From Amoebophrya sp. A120 (Eukaryota; Protista; Dinoflagellata): a DNA stretch of 64,000 nucleotides. The stretch's first letter is position 1; the number at the start of each line of letters is the position of its first letter. The notes beneath the pieces are model-generated. The model saw nothing but the letters and a program-made list of their open reading frames with translations. It did not search any database and was not told where the DNA came from. The translations under genes were made by a program, and so were the position numbers. The DNA lies in contig CAJINV010000002.1 in NCBI GenBank assembly GCA_905178155.1, positions 3,539,838 to 3,603,837 on the forward strand. The letters run 5' to 3'. Below, one piece after another: positions 37,001 to 47,300 of this stretch.

Positions 37001-37911
37001 CGATTCCGGGAATGGTTGGCGTGGCGAACAACTACACGCTACGGAGAAAGTTCGGCATTCAAAGTGCGCGAACAGCAATCGAGAGAATCACTATCGACTA
37101 CCTAGGGCACAAGATCCGGATGGGGCGAGACGAGCCGGGCGAAGGAGTAGAAAAAGGGAACACGTACCGGGCTCGCTTCCCAGACGGGCGCACCGACCAC
37201 CACCTGATCTACGGCAGATTGATCACGGTCTCGGCGGGTGCGCAAGGCAACAGGCGGATGCAGCGCAGGACACTAGCCAAGCAGTGGCTCGAAATCATGG
37301 CGCGCGCGCAACTCCGGCCGGACATGACACGCAAGCAGTGGCACGAGGCGGCTACGCTCTACATTCGCAAGATTGAGGAGCAAGAGCGCCTGGCAGCGTA
37401 CGCTGCGGATGGAGCAGGAAACGTCGAGAAGCGGCGCGACGAGCTGCTTGCTAGTCATGGCGTCAACGCAGGTGCGAGCGAGATACGGCTGCGGAAGAAC
37501 GTACACGAAGAGGGCGAGCTGATCACCAGCCACGCTGTTATCTCGCAGTACCGATGCCCGCACTGTTTTGTGCGTTTTCCAGACGGGGGCAGTGGCTTCA
37601 AGTCACACAAGACTAGGTGCTCCAAGGTCGATTATAGTGGTGTAGACTTTGGCAATGTCATTTGTATAAGGACCTATGCAGCAGGACGAACCCAGTTGCC
37701 ATGGGGCAACCGTTGGCATTGTAAAAAGTGCGGCACTACTGGCACTGAAGGCAAGGCTACTAGTGGGCAGGGCGTTCAATGTGCATTGAAGTTGACGCAG
37801 CATGCTCAGACGTGTGACCCCGCCCAAAAGAAGGGGAGGCGGCAGGACGAGGTCCTGCAGTATATGGCTGACTTGCAGGCGTTTGATGCTGTCAACCCTA
37901 TTGCTGTCTAG
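34063..37911 (+). CDS. APE endonuclease + reverse transcriptase + C-terminal zinc fingers
   Basis: APE motifs: TQN, GGDFNS, IDYF, TDH. RT motifs: NYRAIAV, QRGFR, IDFKKAF, GMKEGGPSSP, LFADD. C-terminal CPHC...H...C and CKKC...H...C. Confidence 0.95.
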   Translation: MLLVVISLCFLLVQHQRVMGGRRDPTRIRRPHRACNQPVAPGDWVFVLTQNCQRANFRYLEGVDQSAPLQQVQQAEKVRGVFQHIAANKAKVALLSDVQWSGARGAHIKRYEFTHGQHYVYGGGRVAIVLHKSILFAADGKSLIRPVVKFFGPRIMALFIRGTWFAVGYQPSDTVADFAELDQFLLWREKLLFATGTSSIIFGGDFNSAISQLPRGPEDEEAGAAAAIGSALLLEPPANPRPGHNNMRFAIDNMLCIPDTFKSIHRRGTWRHPATGRWYEIDYFYTSRQVHFGNVKTIQPKFLTDHRGKRMAVKLGLSQKDKREIRRRVMTITPSPPYEALRRDETAQTAFAAETDANLRKEQQNGGSSLASRWEKFTTVVANSATAVVPANQERGAQQYPPWLNVRKFREYKNEKEDLLYSRFLAADANERQQYNRRLRAIEKDYRADEKLDFEDYIDRIADECQAEYGQCGRIDYARLRRTGVIFEPTAGARVRKAIPFTVEDAKKHFSKLMLRTAEVPQGFQEALERNLDQLPESVDPMWGIPDEGEIAHCVKQMKDCALGVDQIHIAHIKHLGDDSWDFLVNLVQDCFRTRTIPDAAHLVRMNALHKGKNLNPRLLDNYRAIAVATFLSKLCETILQKRLKHYLERIGFYRETATQRGFRSDCSTADLVMMLQFIADQTRTVVRESILDELVLVLIDFKKAFPSVIRELVYRILRRAGVPGTNVEFLAHLHDKATFYIMVDREPSEEWKATRGMKEGGPSSPDGYGILSEIMYRELARRLNGIKLATTGDFLSKLAAFTDEQNINPAAVRKVVALLFADDATLPTTLREAPMVESTIKDVATTFGQEVHPDKTERLLLQGPHFHYPGPRQKDGTPPIPPGFEEKVKVVGCELSTYHSAGVCLERHLKKARGAWAEWKPILLRARGRINYFKRGSLIKSNVLSHVYYSAAVRLWNERSYQEINVFINKMLRTITGTAIPGMVGVANNYTLRRKFGIQSARTAIERITIDYLGHKIRMGRDEPGEGVEKGNTYRARFPDGRTDHHLIYGRLITVSAGAQGNRRMQRRTLAKQWLEIMARAQLRPDMTRKQWHEAATLYIRKIEEQERLAAYAADGAGNVEKRRDELLASHGVNAGASEIRLRKNVHEEGELITSHAVISQYRCPHCFVRFPDGGSGFKSHKTRCSKVDYSGVDFGNVICIRTYAAGRTQLPWGNRWHCKKCGTTGTEGKATSGQGVQCALKLTQHAQTCDPAQKKGRRQDEVLQYMADLQAFDAVNPIAV

Positions 37912-38057
37912 TTCCTAAACACGATGCTAATGCAACTTTTTTGAAAAAACTTGCTTTCTCAGTTGTTCAGAAAAAATCTCCGGTGCGTGTGTTGTTGTTC
38001 AAAGAAAAAGATAGTTTGATGATTCCAATTTGTGCGCCCATTTAAGCAAGATCTGAC

Positions 38058-38140
38058 GCGTGGCGCACACACCCACGCTTGTAGTGGCGCACACACCCAC
38101 TACGACTACATAGTGGCGCAAATACCCACTCCCTGTAGTC
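38058..38140 (+). repeat. three tandem hairpins with conserved GTGG-CGCAMAYAC-CCAC core
   Basis: Stems are GCGTGG/CCACGC, GTAGTGG/CCACTAC and GACTACA-T-AGTGG/CCACT-CCC-TGTAGTC. Confidence 0.85.
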
Positions 38141-38328
38141 CGTCCATGGTTCTGCTCTTCTCTTGTTTCTTCTCTGTCACTGGCCTACTGCATGTTGTTT
38201 GTTGATCGCTTGTAAATCTCGTTTTCCTGCACCCTAGCTAAAATTATTGCTGTATCTTCACCTGCTGTTGTAAGTATCTATTCCCCACCGCTGCACGACA
38301 CGAAAAATCGTCTGCTCACCGTACGAAG

Positions 38329-38937
38329 ATGCAGCGTCGTGTTGAACGCATCGAGAAAGAACGATGCTTGATGGTGCAGTTCAACTCTCCGGAAATCCGC
38401 TGGCCGCGGAAAGACAACTCCCCAAATGGTGACTTTTTGACGAACTTCGACAAGGAGCAGAAGAAGACCTTCCTCCGCCTGATGGGTACGCACTTCCAGG
38501 GTGCCCAGCCATCTCCCAAGAAGATGGAGTACCAAACCAAGGACGACGGATCGTCCGAGCTCACGGAGCTGCAGGACGACTGGTCCGACGCCCAGAAAGC
38601 CGACTTCACCGAAAAGAAGAATGCTTTTGTCGAACTGTGGCGGTCGATTGCGGACGCCCCGGAGTTGGTCGAGTACATCAACTGGAAAAACAACAACTGG
38701 ATCCAGATCGTGTTTCACCTCGGCGAGCATCACAGTAAGGTGATGGATTTGGCCCGTGTTGTCGACAACAACCCCTACCGCAAGTACTTCAGTCGTGGTC
38801 TGAAGCTGAAGCCGATGCAGATGGGTAAGCCGAAGGATGGCGACAACGCTGGCAACGGCGGCGCCAATGGTAACGTCAAGAAGAAGGGCGGCAAGAAGGG
38901 CAAGGGGAAAAACGGGAAAAAGGGAAACGGAAAGTAA
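38329..38937 (+). CDS. 202-aa protein with Lys/Gly-rich basic tail, encoded inside the retrotransposon 3' of RT
   Basis: Intact ORF with strong C/G third-position bias, lying between the RT stop and the (AAATC)n tail/TSD. Confidence 0.85.
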   Translation: MQRRVERIEKERCLMVQFNSPEIRWPRKDNSPNGDFLTNFDKEQKKTFLRLMGTHFQGAQPSPKKMEYQTKDDGSSELTELQDDWSDAQKADFTEKKNAFVELWRSIADAPELVEYINWKNNNWIQIVFHLGEHHSKVMDLARVVDNNPYRKYFSRGLKLKPMQMGKPKDGDNAGNGGANGNVKKKGGKKGKGKNGKKGNGK

Positions 38938-39280
38938 TGACATGATGACGCTAATAATGTCTACCTGCCAGTGCGTGAATCTCATCTACACTTTCTCCGA
39001 CAAAATCAACCACGCGATAACGACTACCAGCAAGCACGACAGTCCTGTGCGTGATTTCGCTGGGGCGCATGTTTGAAGATTATGAAGATTGAGAACTGGA
39101 AGAAATACATGCGTTCACAAATGAACTCCAATCACGTAATGGAGTGATGCAAACACTGATGGTGCTGCCTGGCACCACTTCAGCCAGGAGCACAAGCTGC
39201 TTGACGCCTGCAGTCAAGAGCTACGACAGACAAACGTTTTGAATTACGTGCTACGCACGGCAAACAGACTGTATGTGTGC

Positions 39281-39300
39281 AAATCAAATCAAATCAAATC
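39281..39300 (+). repeat. (AAATC)4 retrotransposon 3' tail
   Basis: Abuts the right TSD and shares ATC microhomology with it. Confidence 0.9.
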
Positions 39301-39307
39301 ATGACAT

Positions 39308-39500
39308 CTTGATCTTCTTGTTATCGCGGCCCGAGATGAATTGTTGGTGGTCCGGATGTGTTCTTAGGTTTGTGCAACTGCATCAACATGTGGGTGGTCC
39401 GGAAATACAGCTCTGGCGAACAGAAAATCCGCCGTTTTACGGTTTTGATGAGGAAGAATAGCGCTACATTCTATATATTTTTCTTGGTCCTAGAAAAAAA
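39308..39500 (+). repeat. duplicated non-coding module upstream of DUF285 genes, copy 1
   Basis: CTTGATCTTCTTGT...CCGGAAATACAGCTC...TTCTTGGTCCT shared with 44008 and 58226. Confidence 0.8.
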
Positions 39501-39927
39501 TATGTACCTGAGATCAGAATGCACATCATGATCGAAGATCCCAAATCCAAATGCTCTCGTGATGAAAATGAAATGACATCATGAAAACCTGCGATCCCAA
39601 ATGTTGACATGATCCAGTATAAAACTACCACACTGCTGACACGGTGCACATAATTCACCGCGTTGAACATGAATCCTCATGCTGTTTCTCATTGTGGGCC
39701 TATCGGTCAAACAAGCACGCTACTCGGTATAAAGTTAGCAATTCAGAACGATGGCAAGAGATGACAAAGGACGAAGGACCAGCATCGATCTCCTACTAGC
39801 AGGGATTTAGTTCTTCTACTTCATCTTGCAAGTTACAGAAGAAACTTGTAGCAGTTTTTGTTGACATCATCTTCAAATCAGAAGTCTCTTTATTTACTCC
39901 GAACAAAGCCTAAGCAAAAGCACCATC

Positions 39928-42279
39928 ATGTTACGTTTTTCTTCCTCCTCGAGAGGTTTGATTATTGCCGCCTCCGCGGTACTAGCCCGCGTCTACAGGC
40001 CCTTGCTACCCCGGTCCTCTCTAGGCCCCGTCGACGAGCTGCAGGCCCGGGCTTTCCCGGGGAGCACGGAAAGGGTAAAGGCCCTGCCAGACGATGTACA
40101 GGAGCGTGTGTGGCAGTATGTTCCCCGTGGCGCAGAAATGCACCTGCGCACCCTGAATCGGCCGACAAAGGCGTTCGCCGACCGCGTGAAGAAACTACCC
40201 TGGAAGGTGTTTGAGAGCCGCGACGAATTAGAAGCGGCCCTTGCGCCCTGGCAGTCGTACAAAGTGCCGGGAACATATCGTATTCAAAAACGCCTCCACC
40301 CCATAGCTGTAAATGCAACTCTGCATGCTGAAAATGTTTCTCATCCGGAGCCCCATGTTGAGAGGCTTTTCTAGTTGTGTTTTGGAATTTGTCATGCTCC
40401 TCTGATCAGCATGATATACTAGATCTGTTACGCTGCTGAACTAGCTCAAACAGCACTACACTATGGGTCGTCCAAAATTGTCATGCAGAACAGCCAAAGC
40501 GTGTGGGTTTGTCTAGCCGATTCCCCATATTGACTATGGTCGTGTGGGGACGTTTTTACTCAGCATAGGACACACTACGTCATCACTGTCGGTAACGAGG
40601 ATTCGTACCTACGGTTACGCAGTATCCTGTGCAAAAGTATCGTGCTCGTAGTAATCGCAATCATGCATTACAAATCTCCATACCAAGGCAAAACAGCATG
40701 ACAAATTCCATTTGTCATGCTGAATTGCAATTACCACTGGTACGACACTTTTGCACTGCATACGCAGAACGGACATAACATATCCGCATGTTTTTCCGCA
40801 CTTGGAGTGGATCCGGACTGAAAAAAATCGGCGTCAGAAACTGCGCGAGGAAGTCGAGAGCACATACGGCCCGTCGCGCTTCTGGGATGTGTCAAACATT
40901 CTCTGCCTGAAATTCCTGTTCGGCAGCAGGGGCGAAAATAAATGTGACGAGCGCTGGGACTCTGGGCGTACTATTCCGCCTATCAACTGCAAACAGGTCT
41001 GGGAGGTTGTCTGGAAGATGATATTAATTGCAGGACAACTTGAACTTGTAATGCTAATGCTGAGCAACGAACTCTGAGGAGCATCGTCCCTCACCCTGAA
41101 GATGAGTCTACTGTCATGCATGTTGCGGATTTTTAGCGTTGCATTGCTCCTTTGATGTCATGCGCGAACACATTTTAATTATTCTCAGGGGCATCTTGTT
41201 CACACAAAAATGCTGTACTCTTAAATAAAGACCGCTTAAAGATCTTCATGTGATCTTTTGCTTGTCGTCGCAATACAAAAATGATGTCCTCACTATAGAC
41301 TACATCTACAACAACTATGACGTAGCATTAAATCAACTTTGCACGACCCCACCCAGATCGCTATTTGCAATGTGCATACCGGCGATAACCGATTGGAAAC
41401 TTTCCAACAAAGACCTTCGAGGGCGTCACACCATGCCGATCCGCGTGAAGTACATGCATGGCATGTTTCAAGGCTGTCACGCGTTCGACCAGCGTCTCTC
41501 TTGGGACCTCTCCACGGTTGCCGGCCTGTGGAACATGTTCGGTAGAGGAGATATTGAGGATGCCGCAGACGTCTTTGGCAGCAAGTACGATAAAAAATCC
41601 CGTTGGGCACTCGCACCATGGACGATGAGTGCAGAGGAGAAGTGGTCGTTGCGAAAAAATTATGGATTGCAAAAATGTCTGGGTCTGGAAGAGCGCCAGA
41701 CTTGGCATGCAGATTTTACATGACATATGACGTCGGTAATGCATAACCTGGCATCACAGATTTTTCGCGGGCTTTCTGATGCCTATCCGTGGTCCCGCAT
41801 GAGAAATACCCTCTCCATGTAACACAAGCTGGACCCCTCTTGCACTTGCTGGTTATGCAATACAGATTTATATTAGAATGCAGTGGGCGTAGCTACACCA
41901 ATCAATCAATGCAGAGACAGCATCACAAGTTTGGATTCTTCCCGACCCAGACATTTTTGCAATGCATAAGGATGCGGAATTCTTGGAAAGAGTGCAGATT
42001 GAGCTCTTCCGGAGATCCAAGTTTTGCACCTACGGCACCGCAGTAGATGGGCGCCACCAGATGATCTCTGTCGACCGTCTTCTGGAGTTTCATTCTCGAG
42101 GCGCATTTTCGGACACCTGGATCGGTCAGATGTTAGATGAAGGCTTCTTGCAGCTACCTAGCACGGATCCGCGTGTGAATGCGACGCGGCTCTTGACGCA
42201 CGATTTTCACAAGGGCGGCGCACTCACAATGGCGGCTCTTGACGCACTCACAATGGCGCCGGGACGCATGAATAGATGA
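39928..42279 (+). CDS. F-box-like + DUF285-repeat protein, short paralog (4 introners)
   Basis: LPDDVQERVWQYVP...LRTLNR, FESRDELEAAL, YGPSRFWDVSNI, MHGMFQGCHAFDQRLSWDLSTV. Confidence 0.7.
40276..40567. mobile_element. introner, family E
   Basis: DR GAACA/GGACA. Confidence 0.85.
40623..40762. mobile_element. introner, family A (reverse orientation)
   Basis: DR CGCAG/CGCAG. Confidence 0.88.
40981..41378. mobile_element. introner, degenerate family B
   Basis: DR CCGCC/CCGGC; removal restores IPPITDW. Confidence 0.8.
41661..41968. mobile_element. introner, family B
   Basis: DR AAAAT/AGGAT; frame restored. Confidence 0.85.
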
Positions 42280-43327
42280 AGAATAAGTACTTAACTCGTG
42301 CAACAAGAACTCGGGTGGCTAACTTCTTAAATTTTGTGCAGCTGTAGCTGTTGTACAAATGAAATCATTATTCTGCTCATCCCGTGGGCAGGGCCAATGA
42401 GAGCAGTGTCCCCCACCAGCGGGCGGAATTTTGCGGGGAGAGATCAGGTCGGATGGCCTCGACGGGGTCAGGGGTAGGCGGTTCTTGCGGAGCAGATATT
42501 TCCGACCGTTCGTGTATGAGTTCATATCTATTTTGCCGTTCGCTATCACTTTGTTACAGTGCAAAAATTGAAACGTCATCCCTTTGGGATTTTACTTTTC
42601 AATGTATGAAAATTTTGATATCTAACACACGACTGCTACTCAAAAGTATTCGTCCACCTGCTGGGCATGCTTGTAGTTTTTAAGGACCTACTATACTTCA
42701 ACTTCACCTAGACCACGCGGATTTTTGTGCAACAACCTCTTTTGAGTTGTGTGAAAACAAGGAGACAAAAATCACGAAAAGAACCGTCGTCCGGATAAGT
42801 ACAATTTTTGAACCGAAGCGGCCAACTAGTACACAGAGAATGTTGTCACACCTTCACGATCACGAGTGTTGCTGTTGGTGAGTGTAAGATGTACTCGGTA
42901 GTTGAACGACTACCTGTGCTTGCCGACGTTGACGTCCGGAAGATGTCCTCTCGTAAGTACAGGGGCGGGCGATGAAATGCTTAGAAAGTAGAACTTCGGG
43001 ATTGGTGGAAAAGGGAAAACCGTGAAAGTAGAGGACTTTCCTGGTTAACCTTGTGATGAACTCCTTCGAAGTAGAAGCAGTTCTCGTCAACAACATGCTG
43101 GGGCGAGTAGTAGTTTTGATATTTTTGTAGGGTGTTCATAGTGTTCTACTACCGAATCCGATCTTCAATCGTTCATCGTCGCATCTTTTTGTGCGTATGC
43201 AAATGATCTCGTCCTCAACAAGTACTCAATTTGGTCCTCGATGAAGGGTCTCGAAATATTTAATGTTTTGTCCGTGCTCCTCAAATCTGGGGCCGGTGGT
43301 CAAATTTCTCAAATGACTCGCACACGA

Positions 43328-43594
43328 GATTCACTGCAAAAATGTCGGGGTCTGGAAGAGAAGTCCTGCAACTTGTAATGCTGTCTGCGGATTCTAAAAA
43401 TATCTGTGTTGCATGAGCAGCAAGAAGAGTCCAGTTCTTGGCACGCGGAGAGGGTATTTCTCCTGCTTGATAAGCATCAAGAAGCTCTCAGAAAATCTGT
43501 AATGCTAGGACCTGCATCGCTGACCTCATGGGTAGTGCAAAATGTGCATGACAAACCCCGACTCTTCCAGACCCAGACATATTTGCACGAGATC
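43328..43594. mobile_element. introner, family B, intergenic, GAT..ATC ends
   Basis: Family B TIR and body; no host ORF. Confidence 0.8.
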
Positions 43595-44007
43595 GACGCA
43601 CACGACGAGGAGCAGGAACAACTTCAGCTCTGTCTGCCGCGTAGAAATGTTATGCAAAGTGTGCTGGATGAAGATATTTATAATAACAAGGCTTTTCCAC
43701 GATCGCAAATCGTGGATCCGCAACGATAAATACTTCGTGAAATAAGAACATCGTCTGCAGTGCAGCTGCACAGACCTGGTCGCACAAATCCAATCCTCCT
43801 TTCGTCATGCAGCTTGATGCATCCTTTCGTCATGCAGCTTGGTGTACCACCAAAAATGTCGCTCCCCCCCACCAGATCAAATCGTTTCCGAAGCAAGCGG
43901 TCCGTCGTCGTTCTACATCATTTAGCAACCAAAATGAGATGAATTATGTGAACGAAAAAATGGGCGTTGTCGCTATGGGATGATAAAAGTCGCTCTAGTA
44001 TATCGCT

Positions 44008-44399
44008 CTTGATCTTCTTGTCATCGAGGCCCGAGAATTGTTGGTGGTCCGGAAATGTTGCTTTTACCACGTTTGTGCAACTGCATCAAAATGCGGGTCC
44101 GGAAATACAGCTCTACCGAAAAGAAAATCCGCAGTTTTACGTTTTGATGAAGAAGAATAGCGCCACATTCTATAATTTTTCTTGGTCCTGGAAAAAAAAT
44201 ATAGAATACACGAGTTGTTCTAACCATAAAGGAAAGTAGACGTGCAAGTTATACATACTAAAGTAAAAAGTAGAAGTTTATACAAAAGTTTTGGTTTCAT
44301 TTTCGACCTATTTATTTATCGCTGGCTCTCGAATCTCTAACTCTATCTTAATTAAGCGAGTGTAATCTTCAGCTTTTAGAAGACCACAAGTAGAAGTAA
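44008..44399 (+). repeat. duplicated upstream module, copy 2
   Basis: Similarity to 58226-58599 continues through TTCAGCTTTTAGAAGACCACAAGTAGAAGTA-ATG. Confidence 0.8.
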
Positions 44400-47300
44400 T
44401 GTGGGCAACTATGGTCGAAAAGTCTCGGCTTCACGCCGAGATGAACATTGTGAATTATGTTGGCACGACTACAACTTCTCCCCCTGCGGTCAAGAAAATT
44501 TCTGTCCAGCACTCGAAGACGGGCTGGTCGAGCCTCCTCCGCAACTCCCTTTTCGTGTTGGCAGCCGGTCTTGGTCAAGGTATTTTTTCCGGTGGCAGCT
44601 TTGGTGGAACCGGGGCCTACGGTCTGCGGGCTTCAAGAATCCCGTCGGGAACGATAACGAACAACGACGGCTATCATGAGGCAGCTGACGCCGAAGATAG
44701 TGATAGCGAGAGCGACCATGATGCTATGAGGCCGCAAAAAAAAAACATCCTACGTAGTCGTCATTATTCTGCTTTCAGTATTTTTGCAGCTGATGCAACA
44801 CGTGCTTAAATAACACTTAAATCCTGACTTGGGAAATAATTCTTTGTATATCGTCCAAGGCACAGGCACACACACAACCTGCATCATGTGTGGTAAAAAA
44901 GGTCGACGAATTTACGAATTTCAATTTGGTGCAGGTCCTGCTGCACAACCTTATTTACGCATGACAGATCAAATGCGCAAGAGGAAAAGCGCAGCAGAGA
45001 GCTAGTTGTGATGTTTTTTTTTCCTCGGATATCTCTTCCACCAAGTCGCGAGAAACCATACACGTTTGATTGTTTTTCGTTAGGGTTACAAGAGGGGTGG
45101 TAAGGACAATGGTATTGACAAAAACGTCTGTCGTGAGTAGAGAAATTATACGCAGAGTGCTGGATCTTTATGTCTCACATTTTCCGCAATGCTGGAGGTC
45201 CTGGCATGATTATACACAGAAGGGATTCAGAATCAGATACCCAAATTGCAGCGTGTTTAGCATGACAGAAACAGATCTTAAGTGGTCTTTCCCTTTTCAT
45301 AGTACAAGTTCGCGTGCAAATAAAATTTGGCTCAGTGTTGACTGAGAAAGCACATCTTCACTTTTCATGCAAATAGAGAAGTGTCATAAAGTACATGACA
45401 ATGGCAAAGCATTCTCAATGCCAATGTCGATACCACGAATGTTGCACCTTCATATCCTGCAGTTGGCTTGGCGACCGAAACCACACAGCCCATAGTACAG
45501 ACACCAGTGCCTCCGTTTTGGCCCGTCGACCGCACGAGAGACGAAACCTGGGGGATCACATACGACGATGGCAAATTCGCCCACAGCCACTCAGCGGACG
45601 CTTGGGGCGGCCGTGATGTGATTTCTTGAGGAGAAAAAACGGCTTCTTGCATGGAAGGCAAATGTTGATCATGGTCTACTTCTCATGCTGCTGATCAGCC
45701 TAGACCCCGAGCCGTTACATGGACACTGTTCACACTAGACCACTTGTATCTATACAACGGCCACTAAATCTGCTTCCTTGATTCCACGATCATTATGTCC
45801 CTCTGTCCAAATGAGCTACCAACGACCCACATCGAGCATCCGCATCATGACCTTCCGTTGAGTGAGGTGACGGGCCGATTTTTTTCGCTTTGACAGCGCA
45901 GCGTCTTTCCTCCGACGAGTGGACACGGAACGCATTCGCAGCTTTGATAAACGGACAAAAACGCTTATGGCCTGCTCCTCGGGTGTTGATACATTCTCAA
46001 CTCTTGTATTTCTTTGATTTCTGCTCTTCTGTTTGTAGTTTGTCGGGAGCGAATAAAGCAAGAACCGAAATTGTTTGTATTCAACGCCTCCTCTACCACG
46101 ACCAGCTATCTTCATCTCTTTGGCAGGAATCTAGTAAAGAAAACTGGTTGTGGTTTTGCGATGATGCACAATAAAGGCGTACGTAGAGATAACTATTTGT
46201 ATGCACGGCAGAAGCGCAAGCTCGTCCTGCAACAAGAAATATAGAAACCGCTACTGCAAATGTACTTACCACCTGAGTGCGCCATAACCTTCGTGGACAG
46301 CGACGTCGCGGAGAAGTGGAAACCATTTGGGAGCCGGAAGGAGCTTGAGAACGTGCTCGGCTGGTGGAATCTGCAGGAGGGGCAGCTCTGCACCACTGGC
46401 ATGAGGCGCAACACACGATGGCATCTCAATCTCGACCAATTGAAATTGAGACAAGGGAAATGTCAGAAAGAAATGCAGGAGCGGTACGGCCCCATCCGTT
46501 TCTGGAATGTGTCCCGCGTCGGCGACTTGAGCGATTTGTTTCGCTGCGACATGAATTCGCCCGGTCGCAGCTGGGACAGACCACTCCGCTGGAGCAGTGA
46601 AGTAGCACCCATTCCGTATATTGCCGATTGGAATACCAAAGGCGTGCAGTCGATGAACGGTATGTTCTTCGGTTGTCGAGACTTCGATCAGCCCCTTCGG
46701 TGGGACGTCTCCACCGTGGAGACCATGCACGGCATGTTCACAGACAACGGCGTGCTCAACAGTCTCTCGGCCTTCGCTGCGTCAAATTTTTATCGAGGTG
46801 CCGCTGCTGGCGTAATGGGCCGGAACAGGTTTATGGAATTTCGCAGCCGAGGCGCCTTCCAGGAATTAGCCGCGCACTGGTTTTCTAGTAGCGCCATTGC
46901 ACAGACAGTACTGTGGTCACCTAGAGCAGGCGCGGAGCAGTCGTGGCTGCTCCCAGAGACCGCACCACACCCGACTTTTTTGGTCGTGGACCTATCGACA
47001 ACCGGCGAGACCATATATGCTGAAAATTGGGGGGACTGCCCAGTGAACCATGCAACCGACCTTTTCCGTAAACGAATTCGCGATGGCGGGTGGTGTGGAG
47101 ACTCAGGTATAGTCGGTGACAATGTATTCGACGGCCTTGAGGACTACAGGCTTCTTTACGAGGGCGAGGACATTTTGCCGCTGATGAATCCTTTTGGCCG
47201 GCTTCGTAAAGAGCTTGGGTTTCTTTTTCCTTTGGCGAAGCAAGGTGGTTCCACAGACCCGCGCAGCAGTTACGTTCCGCTTCAGATGTACGTAAAGGAG

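Larger units (their letters stand above)
33706..39300 (+). mobile_element. full-length non-LTR retrotransposon (APE-RT, RTE-like) with a downstream second ORF
   Basis: TSD ATCATGACATCTTG at 33692-33705 and 39298-39311, (AAATC)4 tail at 39281-39300, intact APE-RT ORF. Confidence 0.9.

Noticed and set aside
34063-37911. The RT as the enzyme that mobilises the introners
   Set aside because: Introners have TIRs, 5-bp TSDs and no tails, which fits a DNA transposase. No sequence link to the LINE is visible, and no transposase is present in the window.
38058-38140. CRISPR-like repeat array
   Set aside because: Only three units with 2-7-nt gaps, no spacers and no cas genes, in a eukaryotic retroelement.
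38278-38985. 235-aa minus-strand ORF
   Set aside because: Antisense shadow of the codon-biased + strand ORF. The same applies to other long minus-strand ORFs over genes.
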